Source: an uncultured Lactobacillales bacterium
GTDB lineage: Bacteria; Pseudomonadota; Alphaproteobacteria; CAAHEQ01; UBA3637
Length of the DNA: 64,000 bases
NCBI GenBank assembly: GCA_964414185.1
Contig: CAYPVK010000007.1
Span: forward strand, 8,366-72,365
Reading direction: 5' to 3'
Position 1 is the stretch's first letter, and each line of letters opens with the position of its first letter. Positions 1-8,818 of this stretch are shown one piece after another. Below the pieces are notes generated by a model. That model searched no databases and was not told the origin of the DNA. It saw nothing but the letters and a program-made list of their open reading frames with translations. A program made the translations under genes and the position numbers.

Positions 1-2
1 AA

Positions 3-140
3 AACGCCGATAAAATCGTCGTATTGAATGAAGGCAAAATTGTTGAAACGGGAACGCATGAAGAATTGCTTGAAAAAGACGGCGCATATAAAGCGCTTTA
101 TATGGCTCAATTTAAAGAGAAAAGAAAATCGGAGGGTTAA
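3..140 (+). CDS. 3' end of ABC transporter ATP-binding/permease (MsbA-like), 5' part outside the window
   Basis: Manual translation [37 protein letters not shown] is the typical exporter NBD C-terminus; TAA at 138-140 overlaps the next ATG. Confidence 0.85.
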   Translation, partial: NADKIVVLNEGKIVETGTHEELLEKDGAYKALYMAQFKEKRKSEG

Positions 141-992
141 TGTTCGGCGCAATCATCGGCGATATTATCGGTTCGGTTTACGAAGCGCAAAACATTAAAA
201 CCAAAGACTTTAAATTATTTTCCGAAGCTTGCCGTTTTACCGATGATACCGTTTGTACGATTGCCGTTGCCGATGCATTGATAAATGGCAAAACGGCCTT
301 TGAAACATTGCGCGCCTGGGGTAAAAAATATAAAAATGTTCAAAATCCGCCGGGCTTTTTTCCAACCTTTTTTTTCGGGCGGATTTGCCGCCTGGTTGGA
401 ATCGGATAATCCCGTGCCGTATAGTGCAAAAACAAACGGATGTGTAATGCGTCTGTCGCCGGTGCCATTTTTAATCAGAGATTTAAAAGCCGCTGAAAAA
501 AAGGCTGTTGAAATAACAAACTTGACACATAACCACCCTGACAGTATCAATGCGGCCTTGGCCTATGTGCGAACAATTCATATGTGCCAAAACGGCGCTC
601 AACCGTTTGATATTAAAAACGCTCTTTCTTATTATCATGGCTATAATATGAAACGTACCGTCGATGGTATCAGGCCTCAGTACAATAAATTTTACGGAAG
701 TTACAATAAATCGGTTCCCGAAGCCATCATTTGCGCATTGGAAGCGACAAGTTTTGAAGATGCCGTCCGTAACGCCGTTTCATTGGGTGGCGACAGTGAT
801 ACACTTGCCTGTATGGCCGGTGCCATCGCTGAAACACGATTCGGCATTCCCGATGACATTCAAAAGAAAGCGCGCACTTATTTGCCGGATGAAATACTGA
901 CCGTTGTGGATAAAATGTACCGTACACCAATTTTAATTAAATCGGATAATAATCGTTCAGTCAATCAATCTGATGAAAAAGTAAAAGAATAA
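140..992 (+). pseudogene. ADP-ribosylglycohydrolase (DraG/ARH family) split by a +1 frameshift
   Basis: N-half (GAIIGDIIGS, FTDDT) in ORF 140-409; C-half (NGCVMR, THNHP, GGDSDT) in ORF 285-992; removing one T from the T8 run at 368-375 joins the frames. Confidence 0.85.
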
Positions 993-1050
993 TTCCACGC
1001 AAAAAAGAGCGATTCGGCGTTTTAAATCCGCTGTACTTTACAAGTCCCAA

Positions 1051-2574
1051 TTATTTATCCAGCCCCAATTGTTTTTTCAACATATAAACGGCATATTGTT
1101 CGGCCGCAATAAGGTTTGCGGTATTCAATAAAGACGGGATGCGTGCTTTATCCAAAAAATCCGTTTGCTCTTTAATATATGCTTTTTGCGCGCTGTAATC
1201 AAATGATGCCACCTCTTTAGCGCGTTCAGTCGTAAAGTATCGTTCATCATACCCTCTTTCCCAAGACAAACGCGTTCTGTCCGCATCCCATAAACAAGCG
1301 CTGATCCCATCGGGCGCGTGCATGCCTGTCGTATGATTCACCACGGCATAAATGATTGCTTCTGTTTCTTCTTCGGTAATATCAAAATGATGACGTTTTA
1401 AAAAATCGCGTGCTATCGGTTCACAAGCGGGACCGTGAGTTATATTATATTCATCCGATTGGCAGGCGCAATCGTGCAAAGCGCATGCCAAAATAATCGG
1501 CAACGGTTTTTCTTTTTGTGCCAAAGCATAATCAATACCGAACATAACAACTTGTTCAGTATGGACCAAACCATGATAGCCGAATTTTTCTTGTTTCGTT
1601 ATTTTTGCAATTTTCGGCATCACATATTTCATGGCCACCTTTGTCCAATACAATTTTTGGGTTTGCATATCATCCATTTTGGTTTTTACAGTTTCAAATT
1701 GATGTATCATTTGTTGAAAAATTTCCGAATCGCTTAAAGGTTGATCGGACAAATGATGCAAAGTTTCATATTGAATTTTTTTTAAAACGGCTTCATCGGC
1801 GGACATTTCATGCTTGACGGGTGATACTTCCCGGTCACGGTTAAGCCGTACAACTTGTTCGGGGCGAAAGATAATATATGATTCATTGCCGATATCTTCA
1901 AACTTATTGGTATAGCGAATGCCGTCAAAACCTTGAGCTTCAAAAAAACGAATCATACGTTGGCCTGCCAAATGCGCACGATTAATTTCTTCGGCCTTAA
2001 GGCCGTCTTCATCCTCTTGCACAACCCGGTAAAGATTTTCCATCGACAATTCTTTTTTTACATCCGCATACGGGCGATTAAACGGATCTTCAAACATAAA
2101 ACGATACAACGGCATAAAATTCGCGCGGCGGCACAGAGAATAAAATACATCCTTATAAGCCAATTTATGGGCTCTGGCGAAACGAAAACTATGTTTTAAA
2201 ACGGAGTCAATCCCCAATTGACGTGCCAATAATAGGTTGAAAATCATCCTTTTATAACTGCCCAACGTATGACCTCCCAAATCAGGCAAAACAATCGGAT
2301 TTTTTATTTTCAAATAAACGGGTATTAAACGCGGGATTCCCGTTTTATGGGGGATTTTGCCGTTAAGATCGTCTAATATAAATTGTTTCGAGCTTTTTTG
2401 TTCAGGTAAACTATAACTTGTTATAAGGTTTCCCCTCTTTTGTAAAATCATTTCGGCAGCTTTTTTCGTGCCGAAATGGGACAGCGGCCGAAAAACTTCA
2501 AATTCGGCATTCGTCCCATGATAAAACGTTACGGGTTTTCCGTCAGAATCAACAATTAAGTTTTCAGCAGTCAT
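1051..2574 (-). CDS. ADP-ribosyltransferase (ART-PolyVal-like) domain fused to C-terminal HD phosphohydrolase
   Basis: N-part: DSDGKPVTFYHGT, HFGTKKAA, PVYLKIKNP, GFDGIRY..N..E....SYIIFRPEQV; C-part: YHGLVH, ALHD, HG, HTTG, LWDADR. Confidence 0.7.
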   Translation of the reverse strand: MTAENLIVDSDGKPVTFYHGTNAEFEVFRPLSHFGTKKAAEMILQKRGNLITSYSLPEQKSSKQFILDDLNGKIPHKTGIPRLIPVYLKIKNPIVLPDLGGHTLGSYKRMIFNLLLARQLGIDSVLKHSFRFARAHKLAYKDVFYSLCRRANFMPLYRFMFEDPFNRPYADVKKELSMENLYRVVQEDEDGLKAEEINRAHLAGQRMIRFFEAQGFDGIRYTNKFEDIGNESYIIFRPEQVVRLNRDREVSPVKHEMSADEAVLKKIQYETLHHLSDQPLSDSEIFQQMIHQFETVKTKMDDMQTQKLYWTKVAMKYVMPKIAKITKQEKFGYHGLVHTEQVVMFGIDYALAQKEKPLPIILACALHDCACQSDEYNITHGPACEPIARDFLKRHHFDITEEETEAIIYAVVNHTTGMHAPDGISACLWDADRTRLSWERGYDERYFTTERAKEVASFDYSAQKAYIKEQTDFLDKARIPSLLNTANLIAAEQYAVYMLKKQLGLDK

Positions 2575-2716
2575 TTTTTATCCGAAATTTATTAATAAAC
2601 AAGATATCCGACCTATCGAATTAATATAAAATAAAAATACTTGACAAAGCATATCAAAAAAGAAAGCAAAAGTCAAGTTAAGAGAAAGACTAAAGGCATA
2701 ACTTTTTTATAAGGTT

Positions 2717-2989
2717 TTATAAATTGTTTTCATCGCTTTCTTCCTTCCCCTCAATCCCGAAAACAATTTTAAGGTTATGCCTTGATTTCTTGACCGTCTC
2801 AAAACCGCCGCGCGAAAAGATAAACACTTTTTTAAAAAACCAAAAGCGCAAATAATATCTTTTATTTTTCAGTTTAACAGACACTTTGGTGCGGTATTCG
2901 CTGCCGTCGGCATTTTCAATTTCAACACTTTTGCCAAATCCGAATTTATTGTTATCAAAATCCAAACCGTACTCAATGTAAATTGGCAT
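2717..2989 (-). CDS. Small hypothetical protein, DUF3977-like
   Basis: YIEYG...EIENADGSE...YLRFW...KKSR..LKIVFGI pattern recalled for DUF3977. Confidence 0.55.
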   Translation of the reverse strand: MPIYIEYGLDFDNNKFGFGKSVEIENADGSEYRTKVSVKLKNKRYYLRFWFFKKVFIFSRGGFETVKKSRHNLKIVFGIEGKEESDENNL

Positions 2990-3037
2990 TTTATCTTTTT
3001 AAATTGACCGTTGTATTGAATAAAAACTATTTCCCAA

Positions 3038-3062
3038 CAAAAAAAGCTCCCGAACGGGAGCT
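3038..3062 (-). terminator. Intrinsic terminator downstream of tRNA-Leu
   Basis: Minus strand AGCTCCCG-TT-CGGGAGCT followed by a T run. Confidence 0.8.
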
Positions 3063-3071
3063 GTTGAATTT

Positions 3072-3158
3072 TGGTACCTCTGGCCGGACTTGAACCAGCA
3101 CTCCCTTGCGGGAAACAGATTTTGAGTCTGTCGCGTCTACCAGTTTCGCCACAGAGGC
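3072..3158 (-). tRNA. tRNA-Leu(CAA)
   Basis: Reverse complement GCCTCTGTGGCGAAACTGGTAGACGCG...ACAGA-CTCAAAA-TCTGT, long variable arm, GGTTCAAGTCC, encoded CCA. Confidence 0.95.
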
Positions 3159-3242
3159 ATGTGTTTTTTTGTAGACATTCACATAATACTCATTTAAAAT
3201 AACTTGTCAAGTACTTTTTTTAAAAAAATGGAGATTTTTTCG

Positions 3243-4034
3243 ATGAAACACAAAAAAACGCATAAAATATATAAAAATATTCGTTCCGTTTTTATAACGG
3301 GTGCTTCCAGCGGCCTTGGAAAAGCATTGGCTTTAGCCTATGCGAAACCCGCCATTCACTTGTTTTTATGCGGTCGAAACGAAGAACGGTTAAACGAAAC
3401 GGCAAAAATATGTTCCGAACAAGGGGCAATCTGCCATATTTTTATTTTTGATGTAACAAATGCCGAATCTGCCGAAAAAGCCGTACAAGATGCGCAAAAA
3501 ATCTTTCCCATTGATTTGATTATTGCCAACGCGGGCGTTTCGGCCGGCGTTTTGGGTGTCCCCGAAGACGGCACCGGCACGCGCAAAATCATGAAAACAA
3601 ACATTGAAGGAGTCGTCAACACCGTTTTGCCGGCAGCGGAAATCTTTAAAAAACAACGATTCGGACAAATTGCCATTGTTTCATCCATCGCCGGATACCG
3701 CGGCATGTCAAGTTGTCCGGCATATTCGGCATCCAAAGCGTGTGTCAAAGCATGGGGCGAAGGGTTGCGCGGATTGTTAAAACCATACAATATCGGCGTC
3801 AGTGTTATTTGTCCGGGCTTTATTGAAACGCCGCTGACGGATAAAAACCGATTTAAAATGCCTTTTATTATGCAACCCGAACCCGCCGCACGGCTTATAC
3901 GACGCCGTTTGCGCCATAATCCGGCCATTATTGCCTTTCCGTTTATTATGGCGTTCGGCGCATGGTTCGGTTCCGCACTGCCGAGTTTCATTATTTTACC
4001 GATTATGGGACTTTTCCCGAAAAAGGAAAAATAA
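3243..4034 (+). CDS. Short-chain dehydrogenase/reductase
   Basis: TGASSGLG, ANAG, YSASK; start placed at ATG 3243 after a GGAG RBS. Confidence 0.9.
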   Translation: MKHKKTHKIYKNIRSVFITGASSGLGKALALAYAKPAIHLFLCGRNEERLNETAKICSEQGAICHIFIFDVTNAESAEKAVQDAQKIFPIDLIIANAGVSAGVLGVPEDGTGTRKIMKTNIEGVVNTVLPAAEIFKKQRFGQIAIVSSIAGYRGMSSCPAYSASKACVKAWGEGLRGLLKPYNIGVSVICPGFIETPLTDKNRFKMPFIMQPEPAARLIRRRLRHNPAIIAFPFIMAFGAWFGSALPSFIILPIMGLFPKKEK

Positions 4035-4167
4035 GATTCTTTGGCGATAATTTTATGCAAAATGCTCACAACCATAAAAGGATATCTTTAAATTTGACCT
4101 TGCATTGTCTTGCGTTTTTTGTTATAACACTTACATAGACAAGTATCAGTTCATGAAAGGATAAAAC

Positions 4168-4857
4168 ATGGCAAAAAATACAATTGACCCGCAAGATGAA
4201 ATGATTCGTTTGCAACAGCAAATAGCCGAACGAGAAGTTGATGAAGAATTGCAACGCGAAAAAATGCGCGCTTTTTGGGAAAAATACCGTTATGTCATCT
4301 TAGGTGTCATCATCGGCGTTTTATGTATTACCATCGGCGCCGAATTATATCAAACGTGGAAAACGAAAACTTCTTTAAAAGAATCAGACGCTTTTGAAAA
4401 TGCCGTTATTTTATCCTATACCGGCGAACAAGCCAAAGCATTGGAAGCATTGGACGAACTGTCCGAAACGGCGCATACGGGTTATCAATATTTGGCAGAC
4501 ATGAAAATTGCCGGCATTTTGTTCAGCCAAAACAAAGATGCCGAAGCATTAAAGGTACTCAAAAAAGTGATGGATTCTTCGGCTCCGAAACAATTAAAAG
4601 CCATTGCGACAATTTCATATGTCGGCAACCAGGTGGACACCGGCGATATCAAAGAATTGCAAGCTTTATTGGAACCGTTGATTAAAAAACCATACGGTTT
4701 TGCGGGATCTGCTGCGGAATTGTCCGCCATTTTGTATTTACGCGAAAGCAATAAAGATGCCGCCGTTAAAATTTTACAAGAGGCCGTGAACAGCAACTTA
4801 ACTTCCCCCGTCGTGAAAGAACGTTTAAAAGAATTAATTGTCGTAATTGAGAAATAA
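4168..4857 (+). CDS. YfgM-like membrane-anchored TPR protein
   Basis: EVDEELQRE..FW motif, one TM helix, helical repeats; conserved position before bamB-der. Confidence 0.8.
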   Translation: MAKNTIDPQDEMIRLQQQIAEREVDEELQREKMRAFWEKYRYVILGVIIGVLCITIGAELYQTWKTKTSLKESDAFENAVILSYTGEQAKALEALDELSETAHTGYQYLADMKIAGILFSQNKDAEALKVLKKVMDSSAPKQLKAIATISYVGNQVDTGDIKELQALLEPLIKKPYGFAGSAAELSAILYLRESNKDAAVKILQEAVNSNLTSPVVKERLKELIVVIEK

Positions 4858-4859
4858 GC

Positions 4860-6137
4860 ATGAAAAAAATAATCTTTCTGATGTGTTTGGGATTATTGGT
4901 CACCGGATGCGCGGATGATAAAAAATATGCGCCGAAAAAAGGTCGTATTGCCGTATCCGAAATTTTGGACCCGGCTTTGCCCAAAGCGGTTGAACAATCT
5001 CAAATCATTTTGGGGAATGAAGAAAACATAACATTATGGCCGCAAACAAACGCAACGGGGCAAAATCGTATCCCGAGAGGAAAAGTATCGCCCGATCCCA
5101 AAGAAATTTGGTCGATCGACATCGGCAAAGGATTGAACGCGGAACGTTGGAAATTGTCCGAACCCGTTGTTGCAAACGGCGTAGTTTATGTATTGGATGC
5201 GGATTTTAATTTATCTGCAGTCCGTTTAAGCGACGGTAAACGGTTATGGAAAAAGGAATTGCCGCTTACAAGCCCGACGGCTGTCCGCAATGTGGGTCTG
5301 GCCTATTCCTATGATAAATTGTTTGCCGTTTCGGGCAACGGCACAGTTATGTGTGTTGATTTAAAGGGCAATATCGTTTGGCAAAAAGAATATAAGCTTG
5401 CCTTTCGTTCGGCTCCGACAATATACAAAAATTTGATATACTTGATTGCGGCGGATAATGAACTGATATTGCTTAAAACGGATAACGGGGCTCAAGCTTG
5501 GCGTTATAAAGCCATGGCCGTTACGACCAATTTGTTGGGTATGGGAACGCCCGCAATTTATAAAAAAGCGGCCGTCGTTCCGTTTTCAAACGGTGAAGTC
5601 ATCACTTTTGACGTTGACGATAAACAAGTCGTATGGTCCGAATATTTATCTTCTTCAAGGGCTTATAACCGCATTTCGGAATTAACGCATATTTTGGCAT
5701 CGCCCGTTATTGCGGATGAAGTTGTGTATTTAATCGGAAATGCGAACAAAATGGGCGCGTATGATTTACGCCGCGGCAAAGAAATTTGGTCTTTGCCGAT
5801 GGGCGGCAATTCGACGCCTGCCGTTTCCGGTAATACATTATTCGCCATAAACAACCAAAATATATTGGTCGCCTTGGATAAACAAACGGGTAAATTATTT
5901 TGGGATTTGCCGCTGCGCTCAAATGAAAAAAAAGGGGCAACACTTTGGAAAGGCCCGTTATTGGCCGGGGACAGCGGCGTTGTCGTTTCAAGCAAAGGCG
6001 ATATTTTATTCATTGATTTAAAAACAGGCAGAGAAGTCAAGCGCATTGAAGGCGACGGCATTTCGGTTTCGCCGATTTTGGTGGACGGCACTGTTTTGTT
6101 TTTAACGGATGAAGCCGATTTAATCGCTTATAAATAA
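4860..6137 (+). CDS. bamB: BamB-like PQQ beta-propeller lipoprotein
   Basis: Lipobox VTGC, repeated A.D..G...W blades, yfgM-bamB-der synteny. Confidence 0.75.
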   Translation: MKKIIFLMCLGLLVTGCADDKKYAPKKGRIAVSEILDPALPKAVEQSQIILGNEENITLWPQTNATGQNRIPRGKVSPDPKEIWSIDIGKGLNAERWKLSEPVVANGVVYVLDADFNLSAVRLSDGKRLWKKELPLTSPTAVRNVGLAYSYDKLFAVSGNGTVMCVDLKGNIVWQKEYKLAFRSAPTIYKNLIYLIAADNELILLKTDNGAQAWRYKAMAVTTNLLGMGTPAIYKKAAVVPFSNGEVITFDVDDKQVVWSEYLSSSRAYNRISELTHILASPVIADEVVYLIGNANKMGAYDLRRGKEIWSLPMGGNSTPAVSGNTLFAINNQNILVALDKQTGKLFWDLPLRSNEKKGATLWKGPLLAGDSGVVVSSKGDILFIDLKTGREVKRIEGDGISVSPILVDGTVLFLTDEADLIAYK

Positions 6138-6143
6138 GGATAG

Positions 6144-7811
6144 ATGATGAAAACGAATCGCAAGACGGAAAAAGCAAAAACAATCCGCCAAAAGAGCATT
6201 GATTTAAGTAAAAATAAAAAACATCCGTTAAAAGTTCAAACAACGGTTGCAAAAGATAACGGCAATTTTGCCAAAGAAAATAAACGGATGAAAAGCAAAA
6301 CCCAAGGGTTGTCCGACAATTCGACAACGCATAATTGGGCCGAAGATTTATTTCAAGATACGAAAGCGTTAAAAACCATTGCGGTTGTCGGGCGTACAAA
6401 TGTCGGCAAATCGACTTTTTTCAACCGCTTGGTCGGAAAACGTTTGGCTATTGTTCACGATCGTGCCGGTGTTACGCGCGACCGCAAGGAAGCCGTCGGG
6501 CACCTGTATGATTTGGATTTTCGATTAATTGATACCGCCGGTTTGGAAGAAACAACTTCTTTGGCACAAGCAATGTGGAATCAAACAGAAATGGCCATTG
6601 CCGAAGCCGATATCATTATTATGGTCATCGATGCACGCACGGAATTGACCGTTTTGGATGAAAAGCTTGCAAAATCTTTGCGCAAATCGGATAAACCCGT
6701 TTTATTGGTTGCCAATAAATGCGAAGGGCAGGCCCAAACGGATGCTTTGGGACAATTTTACCGCCTGGGGCTCGGCGAACCGATTCCTTTTTCCGCCGAA
6801 CACGGCTTGGGGCTCGGGGATTTATATACCGTATTAAAACCGCTGTTTGAAGATGATGAGAGCATAAGTTCCGATGAAACCACAGACGTTTTGTCAAGAG
6901 ATGCGGAATATGCCGATGAAGAAATCGACGAATCGAATGACAACACACAAAAACGTATGCAAAAACCACTGCAGTTGGCAATCGTCGGGCGTCCGAACGT
7001 CGGCAAATCAACATTAATAAACAGATTATTGGGACAAGACCGTTTGTTAACGGGGCCCGAAGCGGGTGTGACCCGTGATGCGATTACGGTGCCGTTTGAA
7101 TGGCGCGGGCATAAAATTTTATTAACCGATACGGCGGGTATGCGCAAAAGCGGCCGAATTGACGATTCACTTGAACGTTTTTCGGTGTCCGATACTAAAA
7201 ATGCCATTGATTTTGCCGAAGTTGTTATTTTGGTATTAGATGCCAATTTACCGATGGAAAAACAAGATTTAATCATTGCATCCAAAGTTATTGACGAAGG
7301 GCGCGCATTGATTATTGCACTCAACAAATGGGACAATGTGGATAATCAAAAACAAGTTTTAAATGAAATCAAAGAAAAAATGGTTACCTCATTGCAACAG
7401 GTCAAAGGCATTCCCGTATTAACCGTTTCCGCAAAAACAGGTTACGGATTGGATCGTTTGATGAGCGAAGTTTTTTCGATTTATGCTTTGTGGAATAAAC
7501 GCGTGCCGACGCACAAGATGAACACTTTTTTGCGCGAAATGACCGAAGCGCATCCGACGCCCGTTGCCAAAAACGGTCGGCGTATCCCGATGAAATATAT
7601 CACGCAAGTCAGCGCCCGTCCGCCGACTTTTGCCATTTTTTCCAGCAATCCCGATGAATTGCCCGAATCGTATTTAAGATATTTATCAAACGGTTTGCGT
7701 GACAGGTTTGGCTTTGTCGGTGTTCCGATTCGCATCCATATGCGTAAACGTGAAAACCCTTATGCCGATAAATCATTCGGACGGCGTAAGGTTATATCGG
7801 ATAAAAAGTAA
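6144..7811 (+). CDS. der: Ribosome biogenesis GTPase Der (EngA), with basic N-terminal extension
   Basis: Two GTPase domains (GRTNVGKS/DTAG/NKCE; GRPNVGKS/DTAG/NKWD) plus KH-like C-terminus. Confidence 0.95.
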   Translation: MMKTNRKTEKAKTIRQKSIDLSKNKKHPLKVQTTVAKDNGNFAKENKRMKSKTQGLSDNSTTHNWAEDLFQDTKALKTIAVVGRTNVGKSTFFNRLVGKRLAIVHDRAGVTRDRKEAVGHLYDLDFRLIDTAGLEETTSLAQAMWNQTEMAIAEADIIIMVIDARTELTVLDEKLAKSLRKSDKPVLLVANKCEGQAQTDALGQFYRLGLGEPIPFSAEHGLGLGDLYTVLKPLFEDDESISSDETTDVLSRDAEYADEEIDESNDNTQKRMQKPLQLAIVGRPNVGKSTLINRLLGQDRLLTGPEAGVTRDAITVPFEWRGHKILLTDTAGMRKSGRIDDSLERFSVSDTKNAIDFAEVVILVLDANLPMEKQDLIIASKVIDEGRALIIALNKWDNVDNQKQVLNEIKEKMVTSLQQVKGIPVLTVSAKTGYGLDRLMSEVFSIYALWNKRVPTHKMNTFLREMTEAHPTPVAKNGRRIPMKYITQVSARPPTFAIFSSNPDELPESYLRYLSNGLRDRFGFVGVPIRIHMRKRENPYADKSFGRRKVISDKK

Positions 7812-7812
7812 T

Positions 7813-8772
7813 TTATTTACTTTTTAAATGGGCCCGTGGATGGGCATGTTCGTAAACTTCTTGCAAATGTACCATATCAATTTCGGTATAACGTTGCGTG
7901 GCCGACAAAGACGCATGCCCCAACAATTCTTGAACCGTTCTTAAATCGCCGCCGCCTTGCAGTAAATGTGTTGCGAAACTATGCCTGAGCGCGTGCGGCG
8001 TCACACTTTCGGACAAATTCAAATACCGCCGAACAGCCCTGACATTACGTTGTACGACGCCGGGGTTGATACGATCTTCCCGCGTTCCGACAAACAAAGG
8101 TTCTTTGGGCATCGGATTGGGATGGACTTTCAAATATGCTTTAATCGCCGATTTAACGGCAGGCAACAACGGGACAAGGCGTTGTTTATTCCCCTTCCCC
8201 GTAATTGTGAATGCATCGCCGTTCAGCGGGAAATCCCCCACATTCAAACTTAATGCTTCGGCAATACGCAACCCGCAACCGTATAATAAAGTATAAAGCG
8301 CTTTATCGCGTTTGCCTTGCCAAGGGACACGTGCCAATTCTTCGGCTGCATCCAAAAAACGCTTGGCATCTGCGGGCGTTAACGGTTTGGGCAAAATTTT
8401 GGCCGCTCGCGGCGTACGGACGGCCATAATGGCTGTATTTTCCAAAATGTCATTGCGGGTTAAGAACTTAAAAAAATTACGCAACGCCGACATCCCGCGC
8501 GAAACGGAAGCTCTGGAAACTTTTTGCGAGGCTCTGTGAACCAAAAACGAACGAAAATCCGAAACCGTTAATTTTTTTAAATCGCCGACATCAACCGTTT
8601 TTTCCATATAATCGGATAAAAAGGACATAAATTCCTTCATATCCATTTGATAAGCTTCCCCCGTCAATGATGACAAACGGCGTTCCATTGTTAAATTATG
8701 TTGCCATTTTTCAATCAGTTCAAATAAACGCGGTGTCACACTTTGATAAAAAGGCTTGTATTCTTCATTCAT
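7813..8772 (-). CDS. xerC: Tyrosine recombinase XerC
   Basis: YGCGLRIAE, GKGNKQR, TPHALRHSFATHLL, LLGH..LSATQRY. Confidence 0.85.
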   Translation of the reverse strand: MNEEYKPFYQSVTPRLFELIEKWQHNLTMERRLSSLTGEAYQMDMKEFMSFLSDYMEKTVDVGDLKKLTVSDFRSFLVHRASQKVSRASVSRGMSALRNFFKFLTRNDILENTAIMAVRTPRAAKILPKPLTPADAKRFLDAAEELARVPWQGKRDKALYTLLYGCGLRIAEALSLNVGDFPLNGDAFTITGKGNKQRLVPLLPAVKSAIKAYLKVHPNPMPKEPLFVGTREDRINPGVVQRNVRAVRRYLNLSESVTPHALRHSFATHLLQGGGDLRTVQELLGHASLSATQRYTEIDMVHLQEVYEHAHPRAHLKSK

Positions 8773-8818
8773 TTTATGTATCCTTTTTTACAATCAGAAT
8801 AAAGGATAATTTCATTTT

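Noticed and set aside
7813-8772. Phage integrase marking an island
   Set aside because: Motifs and the der/priA neighbourhood fit housekeeping XerC
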